Below are positions 38,366 to 50,790 of a stretch of 64,000 bases of DNA, piece after piece. The DNA is taken from contig NC_043024.1 in NCBI RefSeq assembly GCF_006345805.1, positions 8,060,001-8,124,000 of the forward strand, read 5' to 3'. A program made the translations under genes and the position numbers. The notes under the pieces are model-generated. The model saw nothing but the letters and a program-made list of their open reading frames with translations. It made no database searches and had not been told where the DNA came from. Every line of letters begins with the position of its first letter. Positions within the stretch are counted from its first letter, which is position 1. The stretch comes from Octopus sinensis (lineage: Eukaryota).

Positions 38366-39400
38366 GCATATGTACACTTTATTCTCTCTCTCTCAATATA
38401 TATATATATATGTAAACACAAACATCCAAATCCAAATCAAAATCAAAATCGATCAACATCAATGGAAATTGCAGCTGTGATACCAGTGCTGGTGGTACGT
38501 AAGAGAACCATCTGAACGTGGCCGTTACCAGCGCTGCCCCTACTGGCCTCGTGCAAGTGGCACGTAAAAAACACCATCCGATCGTGGCCATTGCCAGCCT
38601 CGCCTGGCCCGCGTGCCGGTGGTACGTAAAAAGCACCATCCGATCATGGCCATTGCCAGCCTCGCCTGGCCTCCGTGCTGGTGGCACGTAAAAGGCACCA
38701 TCCGATCGTGGCCGTTTGCCAGCCCTGTCTGGCACCTGTGCCGGTGGCACGTAAAAAGCACCCACTACACTCACGGAGTGGTTGGCATTAGGAAGAGCAT
38801 CCAGCCGTAGAAACACTGCCAGATCAGACTGGATCCTGGTGCAGCCTTCTGGCTTCCCAGACCCCAGTTGAACCGTCCAACCCATGCCAGCATGGAAAGC
38901 GGACGCTAAACGATGATGATGATGATGATGATGAAACATGTCTGTATATATATACACACACACAGACACACACTCATATATATATTCATATGCATGCATA
39001 CATATTGAAACACACATATATACACACACACTTACAGACACACACAGATACTACAAACACACTATAATTACAATAACAAGGCGGCGGGCTGGCAGAAACG
39101 TTAGCACGGCGGGCGAAATGCGTTGCCGTATTTCGTCTGCCATTACGTTCCGAGTTCAAATCCCGCCGAGGTCGACTTTGCCTTTCATCCTTCCGGGGTC
39201 GATAAATTAAGTACCAGTTACGCACTGGGGTCGATGTAATCGACATAATCCCTTTGTCTGTCCTTGTTTGTCTCCTCTGTGTTTAGCCCCTTGTGGGTAG
39301 TAAAGAAATATATAATTACAATCATAGTCACAACAACAGTAACAACAAGAATCTTTTCCATTAAAAAAAAAAAAACGGAATAAAAGAACTCAATACTTAC

Positions 39401-39680
39401 CAAGACCCGGAATGAAGATGTTACAGATAAGACACGTGATGGCCACCGGCTTCTTCATGGCAGGAATAAAGTTCCGTAACGACTTATCATGTTGGTTAGA
39501 TTTCTTACTCTTTGAATAATGTTTCTTGATAGTCAATGGTGAGGGCGGAGGGTAATAGTGATTGTTTAAGGCATAACCAGGGGCCATTGGTCGCGTGTAC
39601 CCTGCCCCTTGCATATCTTTCCTGTAACATCGAGGAGAGGACATAGGGGTAGATGTCCCCCCACTGTAGACGACCTGCAT
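39401..39680 (-). CDS. stum: Stum/SPEC3-family protein, first coding exon
   Basis: ATG at 39680 with an in-frame TGA two codons upstream; ends IPAMKKPVAITCLICNIFIPGL-G|gtaagt (donor at 39400). Matches the Stum motif 'IP.M...A..C...N...PGLGT'. Confidence 0.85.
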
Positions 39681-39839
39681 CTTTCACTCCTCTCTTTATT
39701 TCGTCACAAGATTTTGTAATCTCTCCCTATTATCCTGTCTATCTTTCCCTAGATCACACACTCACTCACTCTCTCTCTCTCTCTTTCTGCTATCTCTCTT
39801 TTATTCAGTTTCTCACCTTCTGTATATATCCTTAGATTT

Positions 39840-39929
39840 CCCTCTCTCTCTCTCTCACTTTCTATCTATCTATCAATCAATCAATCTATATATCTGTCTA
39901 TATCTATCTATCTATCTATCAATCTATTT

Positions 39930-39968
<39 letters not shown>

Positions 39969-40067
39969 TCTCTATCTTATCTATCTATCTTATCTATCTA
40001 TCTTATCTATCTATCAATCTATCAATCAATCTATCAATCAATCAATCAATCAATCAATCTCTCGCTC

Positions 40068-40149
<82 letters not shown>

Positions 40150-40180
40150 AATCTATCTATCTATCAATCAATCAATCAAT

Positions 40181-40223
<43 letters not shown>

Positions 40224-40291
40224 ACTATCGATCTATCTAATTATCTATCTATCAATCAATCTATCTATCTATCTGTATGTCTGTCTGTCTC

Positions 40292-40322
<31 letters not shown>

Positions 40323-40401
40323 CTCTATCTATCTTTCCTTATGCTCATACTCTATTCTTGTTTATTTATCTGTTTTGTCCTAGATTATACTCTCTATCTC
40401 C

Positions 40402-40446
<45 letters not shown>

Positions 40447-40560
40447 GTCACTCTCCTATTTTACTTTCCTTCTGATTATTCTCACGCACTCCTCTGTGTG
40501 TGTGTGTATCTCACTCATTCAGTTTCTCCCTCTCTTTTACTCTCTCTCTCTCTCTCCCTG
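39840..40560. repeat. (TATC/TCAA/CT)n microsatellite block upstream of the stum-like ATG
   Basis: Visible directly. Confidence 0.97.
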
Positions 40561-41408
40561 TCTCTCTCTTTCCAATCTCACTGCAAAGAAATTTTAATCT
40601 TTCTTCTCTATTTTCATTTTTTGTTGTTGCTGCTGTTATTAATCCCACTGTTGTTGTTATTGTTGTTGTTGTTGCAATTAATCCTGTTGTGAAGATTGTT
40701 GTTGCTGTTGTTGTCGATGTCCAGCCTTTTCTCTTTTTCTGACCAATCCTGATAAAAATAAGACAAAAAAAAAAGTTAGAGAACGAGGAATATGACTGGG
40801 AAGTTGTGACATTCATGCCCCTACCAAGATCAAGGAAAAGAAAAAATATCTGCCCTCAGTCTTTTTAATCTTGTCCACTGCATAACTCCATTTAACATGG
40901 TCACCAAACTGAAAGAAGAAACTGCACAGGAGTGTCTGTGTCGTAAGTAGCTTGCTTCCCAACCACATGGTTCTGGGTTCAGTCCCACTGCATGGCACCT
41001 TGGGCAAGTGTCTTCTACTATAGCCTCGGACCGACCAATGCCTTGTGAGTGGATTTTGTAAATGGAAACTGAAAGAAGCCCATCGAATATATGTATATAA
41101 ATATATAAGCACAGGAGTGGCTGTGTGGTAAGTAGTTTGTTTACCAACCACATGGTTCCTGGTTCAGTCCCACTGCTTGGCATCTTGGGCAAGTGTCTTC
41201 TACTATAGCCTCGGGCCGACCAAAGCCTTGTGAGTGGATTTGGTAGACGGAAACTGAAAGAAGCCTGTTGTTGGGTTTGTGTCTATGTTTTCGTTTCTCA
41301 TTGTGTTCAACGTTATTTTGGTGTCCTGTACTCATATATGCGTGTATATATACATGTAGAGGTAGGTACGTACATATATGTATATATATGCATATGTTTT
41401 ATTTATTA

Positions 41409-41467
<59 letters not shown>

Positions 41468-42939
41468 TGTATGTTTGTGTGTCTGTGTTTGTCACCCTAG
41501 CATTGCTTGACAACCGATGCTGGTGTGTTTATGTCCCTGTCACTTAGCGGTTCGGCAAAGAGGTCAATAGAATAAGTACTGGGCTTACAAAGAATAAGTC
41601 CCGGGGTCGAGTTGCTCGATTAAAGGTGGTGCTCCAGCATGGCTGCACTCAAATGACTGAAACAAGTAAAAGTAAAAGAGAGCCTGATCTTCCGGGCAAA
41701 CGAAAAAGCAGTGCAGATGATCCTTATAATGGACTTGGTTGACTGATGGATGTATTCTACAGGAGGCATAACTCATCCCTAAGTCATGAGAAAGGAAGGG
41801 GTGAGAGACGAATAAGGAAGGAAGGGAGATGAACATTCAATGCTGGAAAAAAAAAATCAAACAGCGTTTCAACTATGTGTAAGTATGTGTGTATGTGTGT
41901 GTGTTTTCCATGCTGGCATGAGTTGGACAGTTTGACCAGGGTCTGAGAAGCTAGGAGGCTGCACCAGGCTCCAATCTGATCTGGCAAAGTTTCTACAGCT
42001 GGATGCCCTTCCTAATGCCAACCACTCCATGAGTGTAGTGGGTGCTTTTTACGTGCCACCGGCACAGGGGCCAGAGGAGGCTGGCAACAGCCACGATAGG
42101 TTGGTGCTTTTGACGTGCCTCCAGCACGGGTATCACAACTACAATTTCCATTTGATTTTTATTTTGATGTTGATGTTGATGTACTTGACTCAATAGGTCT
42201 CCTCAAGCACAGCAAGTTGCCCTATGATCCAAGGTAAGCACAGCAGGTTGTCCTATGATCCAAGGTACTTTGAATGGGCTGAGGCTGGTTATGTGAAGCT
42301 GGTGTAGGATACGCCGTATTTTATCAACTCCCAAAAGGACGAAGGACAAAGTCGACATCAGTGGAATTTGAACTCAGAACATAAAGACAGACAAAATGCC
42401 GCTAAGCTGTTTGCATGGAGTGCTAATGATTCAGCCAGCTCAAAAACAGCTAGTAATTACTGGTTTCAAAATTTGGTACAAAACTGGCAATTTCAGAGGA
42501 GGGGTTAAGTTGATTACATTGACCCCCACCCAGTTGCTCAACTGGTACTTATTCTATCGACCCTGAAAGGATGAAAGGCAAAATCAATCTAGGCAGGATT
42601 TGAACTGCTAAGCATTTTGCCCAGCATGCTAACGAGTCTGCCACCTCAAAGCCTTGAATACCAGTAATTAGTAAAATGCAATTTATGTGGCATCTCACCA
42701 TCTGAACCACTCCCTTAGTTTGTCTCTTGTTATCTCGGTGCCAATAATTAAATATTCCACATTGAAATAATCTGTCTGCGAAATAATTACCCCACTCCAA
42801 ATTTTATTAACTTCCAAAGGTTTCATAATTAATTATGCTAATTAATACTATCTATAATTTATCAGCCAAGAAACACGCCAATGACCACAAAAAGTGGAAA
42901 AATAACTGTTGAGGCCCTATGCTCCACAAGGGACCAAAA

Positions 42940-43130
42940 GGAAGAAGAAGAAGAAGAAGAAGAAGAAGAAGAAGAAGAAGAAGAAGAAGAAGAAAAAGGA
43001 GGAGGAGGAGGAGGAGAAGAAGAAGAAGGAGGAGAAGAAGGAGGAAGTGGAGGAGGAGGAGGAGAAGGAGAATAAGAAGAAGAAGGAGGAGGAGAAGAAG
43101 AGGAAGAAAGAGAAGAAAAAAGAAGAAGAT
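42940..43130. repeat. (GAA/GGA)n microsatellite
   Basis: Visible directly. Confidence 0.98.
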
Positions 43131-45654
43131 AATTTATCAACATTGGGATGATGAAAAGCACAGCAGATGGTGAGGACCAGTTGAGAGAGGGTCAAGTTTT
43201 TCATAATTCAGTCACATTTACTTTGGTTGGGTTTCCAAAGGGGTTATCAGATTAAGGGACTTGTCTATTTGCCACATGCCTATCAGATTAAGGGACAGGC
43301 CTATAGCCTATGCACATGACTATGAGCTCAAGATTTACTCAGACGAACATTTAATATACTCTATTTTACTGTTTTACTTGTTTTAGTCATTTGACTGTGG
43401 CCATGCTGGAGCACCGCCTTTAGTCAAGCAAATCGACCCCAGGACTTATTCTTTGTAAGCCTAGTACTTATTCTATTGGTCTCTTTTGTCAAACCGCTAA
43501 GTTATGGGGATGTAAACACACCAGCATCGGTTGTCAAGTGATGTTGGGTGGGACAAACACAGACACACAAACACATACACACACACATATACGATGGGCT
43601 TCTTTCAGTTTCCGTCTACCAAATCCACTCACAAGGCTTTGGGCGGCCCGAGGCTATAGTAGAAGACACTTGTCCAAGGTCCCATGCAGTGGGACTGAAC
43701 CCGGAACCATGTGGTTGATAAGCAAGTTACTTACCACACAGCCACTCTAATGCCTATGTACTACGATGTACTTTTTTTTTTATCATCTTTTGTCTTACTT
43801 ATTTTAGTCATTGGACTGTGGCCATGCTGGGGCATCACCTTGAAGGGTTTTGAGTCAAACAAATTCACTCCAGTATTTTTTTTTTCTACTTGCCCGAGGG
43901 TAAGTCTGGTACTTATTCTACTGATCTCTTTAGCTGAACTACTGAGTTACAGGGATGTAAACAAACCAACGCTGGTTGTTGAGCATGGGGTTGGTTTCCA
44001 AACACAACACAAAGACACTTACACACACACACACACACACACACAAACCCATGCCAGCATGAAAAGGGATCTTAAATGATGATGATGATGATGTTTCATA
44101 AATATACATACATACATCCTATCCATGCTAGCATGGAAAACAGGGGTTAAAATGATGATGATAATGATGATGATGTCCACACACACACACATACATATGT
44201 GCATGAGCTTTACACAGCATCATATAAGGTTTTTACCCAAATATAACTTAACTATATACTCTTTACTCTTTTATTTGTTTCAGTCATTTGACTGCGGCCA
44301 TGCTGGAGCACCGCCTTTAGTCGAGCAAATCGACCCCGTACTTATTCTATCGGTCTCTTTTGCCGAACCGCTAAGTTACGGGGATGTAAACACACCAGCA
44401 TCGGTTGTCAAGCAATGCTAGGGGGACAAACATAGACACACAAACACACACACACAAACATATACACACACACACATACATATATATACATATATACGAC
44501 AGGCTTCTTTCAGTTTCCGTCTACCAAATCCACTCACAAGGCATTGGTCAGCCCAGGGCTATAGCAGAAGACACTCTTTTGCCGAACCGCTAAGTTACGG
44601 GGATGTAAACACACCAGCATCGGTTGTCAAGCAATGCTAGGGGGACAAACATAGACACACAAACACACACACACAAACATATACACACACACACATACAT
44701 ATATATACATATATACGACAGGCTTCTTTCAGGTTCCGTCTACCAAATCCACTCACAAGGCATTGGTCGGCCCAGGCTATAGCAGAAGACACCTTTTGCC
44801 GAACCGCTAAGTTACGGGGATGTAACACACCAGCATCGGTTGTCAAGCAATGCTAGGGGGACAAACATAGACACACAAAACACACACACACAAACAAAAA
44901 ATATACACACACACACATACATATTATACATATATACGACAGGCTTCTTTCAGTTTCCGTCTACCAAATCCACTCACAAGGCATTGGTCGGCCCAGGGCT
45001 ATAGCAGAAGACACTTGCCCAAGATGCCACGCAGTGGGACTGAACCTGGAACCATGTGGTTGATTAGCAAGCTACTTACCACACAGCCACTCCTGCGCCT
45101 ATATATGCGTATAGGTTTTTATTTGTCATTTGCTATAAAATTGTGGTTTTTGGCCTTGGTGGCTGCTATTTCTAGCATGTAAAAATTACCTGTTAAAGGG
45201 TAATTTTCTATTTTGAAATACGAATATGTTGTCTATTGACTTTGTATACATGCTAGGCCACTGGTGGTGATATTTATAACGAGTATTCGCCACCCTATAT
45301 ATATATATGCATATATAGATATATGCATGAGTAGCTGTGTGGTAAGTAGCTTGCTTTCCAACCGCATGGTTCTGGGTTCAGTCCCACTGTATGTCACCGT
45401 GGGCAAGTGTCTGCTACTACAGCCTCGGCTGACCAAAGCCTTGTGAGTGGATTTGGTAGATGGAAACTGAAAGAAGCCCCTCGTATATATATATATATGA
45501 GTGGCTGTGTGGTAAGTAGCTTGTTTACCAACCACATGGTTCCGGGTTCAGTCCCACTGCGTGGCACGTTGGGCAAGTGTCTTCTACTATAACCTCGGGC
45601 CAACCAAAGCCTTGTGAGTGGATTTGGTAGACGGAAACTGAAAGAAGCCCGTCA

Positions 45655-45687
<33 letters not shown>

Positions 45688-46306
45688 GCGTGTGTGTGTT
45701 TGTGTGTCTGTGTTTGTCCCCCTAGCATTGCTTGACAACCGATGCAGGTCTGTTTACGTCCCCGTCACTTTGCGGTTCGGCAAAAGAGACCGATAGAATA
45801 AGTACTGGGCTTACAAAAAAGAATAAGTCCCGGGGTCGAGTTGCTCGATTAAAGGCGGTGCTCCAGCATGGCCGCAGTCAAATGACTGAAACAAGTAAAA
45901 GAGAGTAAAAGAGATATATATTTACTAAATAATGAAAGACTACACATGCATACACGTGTGTGTACACAGAAATATGTATGTATGTATGTATGTATGTTTT
46001 TGAAAGGCTAGTTATTAACAAGAAGATACTTTTAAATGCAAGGCACAAGATGGGATTGGATGTCAAGAATAATATTATTGGTTACATTTAATTAAAATGA
46101 TTCATTACAGTAAGCCATATGTTCCACTCTTGATGAGTTTGTCAAATGAATGTTTACTTCACAAGCACCATTTCTATGAAACAGATGGTCTTCTGTAATG
46201 GATTATTTTAATTGAATCTATTACATACATGCATTATACATACACAAACACACACACACATAATTGCATACATACATAACACACTCACACACACATACAG
46301 ATTTGC

Positions 46307-46353
<47 letters not shown>

Positions 46354-46569
46354 TGTATTAATATATGTATATCTCAACCCGTGCTAGCGCGGAAAACGAC
46401 GTTAAAAAAACGATGATGATGATTATAATATAGTATATATATATATATGTATACACACCCACACATATATATATATACAGATAGATGCGTGTGTGTATAT
46501 ATATATACACACATGTATATAATATATATATGTGTATATATACATATATGTACCCACATTTATACATAC

Positions 46570-46641
<72 letters not shown>

Positions 46642-46707
46642 GTATGTATGTATATGTCTCTATGTTCCTAAGATAATCCCATAAACCACAGCCTTTTTCC
46701 ATTTTTA

Positions 46708-46768
<61 letters not shown>

Positions 46769-47297
46769 CATAAACACATACACACACACACATAGTTTAT
46801 ATTAAATCTTCACACATTTTAGTAAATGTAAAAATATAAATATGTCTATATATATATATATAGTCATATATATACATACATTTGTGCATGCATGTGTGTA
46901 TGCGTACATATGTATGTATACACATACATAAACTTTGAATGTGAGCAGCTGAAAGACAGAATTCAGCTTCAATAGAGTGTAGGTCAGATTACCCCAGATT
47001 ATTCCAGGTGGTGGAGATCTTTCAGTATTTTAATAATACCTAAAAATAGACAGAAACTTGTGTTTGAAGTAGCAAAGGTAAATGGGTTTTGCCAATTTAC
47101 ACTCCTACCTACCTACCTACCTTGTAACTCATCTACCTATTAACCCATATAGGTACCTCTCTATTTGTTTATCTGCTTATCTAGCTATTTTTGCTATCTA
47201 TTGTGTCTTTTTCTCAACTTACCTGGCTGTCTGTCGTCATGTTTATAGTTCATCAGTTCCTCTTCCACCTACCTCTCCACCTGTCTATCTCCCCCTC

Positions 47298-47330
<33 letters not shown>

Positions 47331-47403
47331 TATATATATATATATATAATATATATATATATATTTCCTCTGTCTTCCCTCTCGGGATCTTTCCTTCTCC
47401 TAT

Positions 47404-47439
47404 GTTTTCCGACGAAGAGCTCCGCTCGAAACGTTAAAC
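47404..47439 (+). ncRNA. Minimal hammerhead-like motif, core CCGACGA (U4C)
   Basis: GUUUU-CCGACGA-A-GAGC-UCC-GCUC-GAAAC-GUU-AAAC, within a repeat (about 47365-47520) also found at 52830-53035 and 60430-60610. Confidence 0.5.
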
Positions 47440-48189
47440 CCTCTTCTTTCCTGAGCGTCCAATAATACTTTATTTGTTCCACGTCCTCGCGTTGTGTTTT
47501 TTTGCGCTTTCTTGTTTGTATATATATATATATATCTTTTTTACTCTTTTACTTGCTTCAGTCATTTGACTGCGGCCATGCTGGAGCACCGCCTTTAATC
47601 GAGCAACTCGACCCCGGGACTTATTATTTTGTAAGCCCAGTACTTATTCTATCGGTCTCTTTTGCCGAACCGCTAAGTAACGGGGACGTAAACACACCAG
47701 CATCGGTTGTCAAGCAATGTTAGGGAGACAAACGCAGACACACAAGCACACACACGCATATACATATATACGACGGGATTCTTCCAGTTTCCGTCTACCA
47801 AATCCACTCACAAGGCTTTGGTCGGCCCGAGGCTATAGTAGAAGACACCTGCCCAAGGTGCCACGCAGTGGGACTGAACCCAGAACCATGTGGTTGGTAA
47901 GCAAGCTACTTACCACATAGCCACTCCATATATATATATATATGTATATATGTTTTTAATTTTCCTTTGATTTCTGAATTACTAATATTTAGCGGTTTGA
48001 GTTTAGTTGCTTGTTTTAGTGAGTTGAATGGCCTATTAAGGCCATTCCTTGATATTATTGTTGAATGTATGTTATATAGTCTGTTGACTATTTTTTCTTT
48101 CTCACTAGACCGCTTGTGGCGCAAAAATTTCTATTGAATTTTTTGCTACCCATATACTGATTAATTATATATATATATATATATATTTA

Positions 48190-48639
48190 TGTGAAATAGA
48201 AAGATGAATAATCTTGTAGTAGATTAATCAAAGTTTAACCGATACCTTAGTAGCAAAAATCACACAGCAGTAAACAGCACGGTTGGAGGTACAACCATCT
48301 GGCGTTGCAACCGTGCTTGGGTGCGGATATTTGAAATTAAAACATTATTGTGAATAGAAGAAATGGAGCTGAACGCAGCTCAATCTGCGCTCAGCTCCAT
48401 TTCTTCAATTCACCAATAATGTTTTATATATATATATATAATATCTTAATTTAGAGATAGAAGACCTCTACATCTCACCATAATAAAAAGATTTTTATAT
48501 TATAAGAAAGATTTTAAAAATAAAAATAAAAATTCTTTTATATGGTGAGATGTAGGGCCTACTATCTCTAAATAAGATATATTTCTTCATTGAAATAATT
48601 TGAACCTCTGTTATCCGGAATTTTTATTCCCTAAAGAAT

Positions 48640-48690
<51 letters not shown>

Positions 48691-49330
48691 TGAAAAATAG
48701 GAATAAATCATTATAAGAATTTATGAAGTAGTTAGTGTGAAAAACCTCATAAGGGAAAAATTTATTAATTATTCCTTTTAAATATATTTAATTATATTAA
48801 GGCATTACTATACATAATGCCTCATGTTAGGAGGGACTTTAAAGTCAAAACTACCATAATATGGTACTTTTGACTTTAAGAGTCCCTCCTAGCATCAGGC
48901 ATTTATGTATAGTAATGCCCTTAATATAAATAAAATATATATATATATATATATAATTATGTGAATAGAAAGATGATAATCTTGTAGTAGATTAATCAAA
49001 AGTTTAACCGATACCTTAGTAGGCAAAAATCACCAGCAGTAAACAGCACGGTTGGAGGTACAACCATACGGTGTTGCAACCGTGCGTTGGTGCGGATATT
49101 GAAATTAAAACATTATTGGTGAATTGAAGAAATGGAGCTGAACGCGATTGAACAGAAATCGTTTTATTTCATTCTACACGTGTTTCGAAAGGCACGTGTT
49201 TCGAAAGGCACGTGTTTCAATCGGATTTTGGTAATTTGTGCCTTTCGAAACACGTGTAGAATGAAATAAAACGATTTCTGTTCAATCTGCGTTCAGCTCC
49301 ATTTCTTCAATTCACCAATAATGTTTTATA
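48190..49330. repeat. Cluster of imperfect palindromes plus an about 190-bp direct duplication
   Basis: Inverted repeats at about 48340-48428, 48447-48575, 48780-48945 and 49106-49328; 48191-48380 is repeated at 48961-49147. Confidence 0.85.
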
Positions 49331-49749
49331 TATATATATATATACAAATTGAGATAGGGGTTGTAAATGCAACCCTCCATGGGATAACATATATCCAATA
49401 TACTGCTAGTGAAGTACCTAACAAAGTTAATACATAAATGTTAAGGATTGCGATGCAATCGATTCATTTACTGTATTATATGGGCAAAGGTAAAATGATT
49501 TACCACAAATTCATAATACAAGGTAAGAAAATGGAGAAATACATCTAAATCAAATATCAATTATCAGATAATACTCAATCACATACTTTATTAAACCACC
49601 ACCTAAGAGACTGTAGGGTTAAATATAAAAAGCAGAACAAATCAGTGTACATAAAGGAATGTACATAAAAGAGTAATGTTGTATAATAAGTAGAATATAT
49701 ATAAAAAAGAGAATATAAATATAAGTAACTATAAATATAAGTATAGATT

Positions 49750-49880
49750 ACATCTTACAGCTGTTTCGGCCATGTAGATAAGTATGTCTCATTTTACCAA
49801 TATTAGCCTTTTATGGTAGGTCAATATATGGATATAAATGAGACATTTACAAAAGTATCATTAGGCCTCTTCGGAGATAT
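49750..49880 (-). ncRNA. Type-I hammerhead with U4C core and extended stem II
   Basis: AUAUCU-CCGAAGA-GGCC-[92 nt containing the 11-bp hairpin AUGUCUCAUUU/AAAUGAGACAU]-GGCC-GAAAC-AGCU-GUA-AGAUGU. Stem I is 6 bp (one U-G pair) and loop III is a palindromic tetraloop. Confidence 0.65.
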
Positions 49881-50313
49881 ACATATACATATGAGTGCAT
49901 ATACTCACACTCCTATACATATAAAAATATACATATACATAATAATGTAAATAAATAATATAAATTAGTAAACATATATATGTTCCACATTCAATGTTTC
50001 AGTTTTTCAACTTAATATTGTGATAATAAACATACACATATTAGTACCTAGATGCAAATATACATAGTCAATAGTACATTATATTACTTCCTACTAATTT
50101 CCAAAATGTCATTAAAGTTAGCATCATTATTGTTGTCAATACCATTAATGCTACCATCATTATCATTCATAATATTATTAATATCGCTTACATTAGGATC
50201 CAAAGTGGCACATATGTATGTCCGGGTTCCTTTTAGTAATTTTCCTTATGACATAAATACACTATTTATGTCAGGTCTGGGGAGGAAAGGAAGGGAAAAG
50301 CCTTTTCAACTAT

Positions 50314-50790
50314 TTAGGTAGTGGGGTTAGGATTTGTGAAGGGGATGGACGATGGGTCTAATTCAGGTGTTGAGAGGCTAAAGTGTGATGGAAGAACAAA
50401 ATCCAGATGGCTTGTAGTAGAGATAGGAAGCTGAGGAGTTTGGAAAGCTGGAAAGAAGACAGAGATGGCGGTGGGAAGCTGGAGTATCTCAAGATTCTGT
50501 AGGTTGCAGGGAGATGGGAGTGGAGGGATAGAAGAGGGTAAGATGGGGTGGGGTGGGGGGGGGTTAGAGGTGCGTGTAGTGAGTGGTGGTGAGAGATATA
50601 GGAGTGAGTCAGGGTGTGTAGTATGTGGAGTGTCAGGGTAAATGTGAGAGAGTATTGAGTAAGAGAGGTGTCGAGGATGGAGTATTGCAGAGGAGAGCAA
50701 ATGGTGGTGGGGATGATGAGGAGGAACAGAAGTGATTCCAGGGTGGTGGTAGTGGAGGGGGGCGATGTAATGTGTCTGCTTTACTCTGTT
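50314..50790 (-). mobile_element. Possible LINE APE-endonuclease N-terminal remnant
   Basis: LQNLEILQL...STTSHLDFVL..HFS..T.ELDPSSIP loosely resembles 'L.ILQ.N...PD...LQET.L....P.IP'. Mixed with a GA-rich repeat. Confidence 0.35.

Noticed and set aside
48780-48945. Hammerhead in the palindrome (CUGAUGC on the minus arm)
   Set aside because: No GAAA and no pairable stems in the required order.
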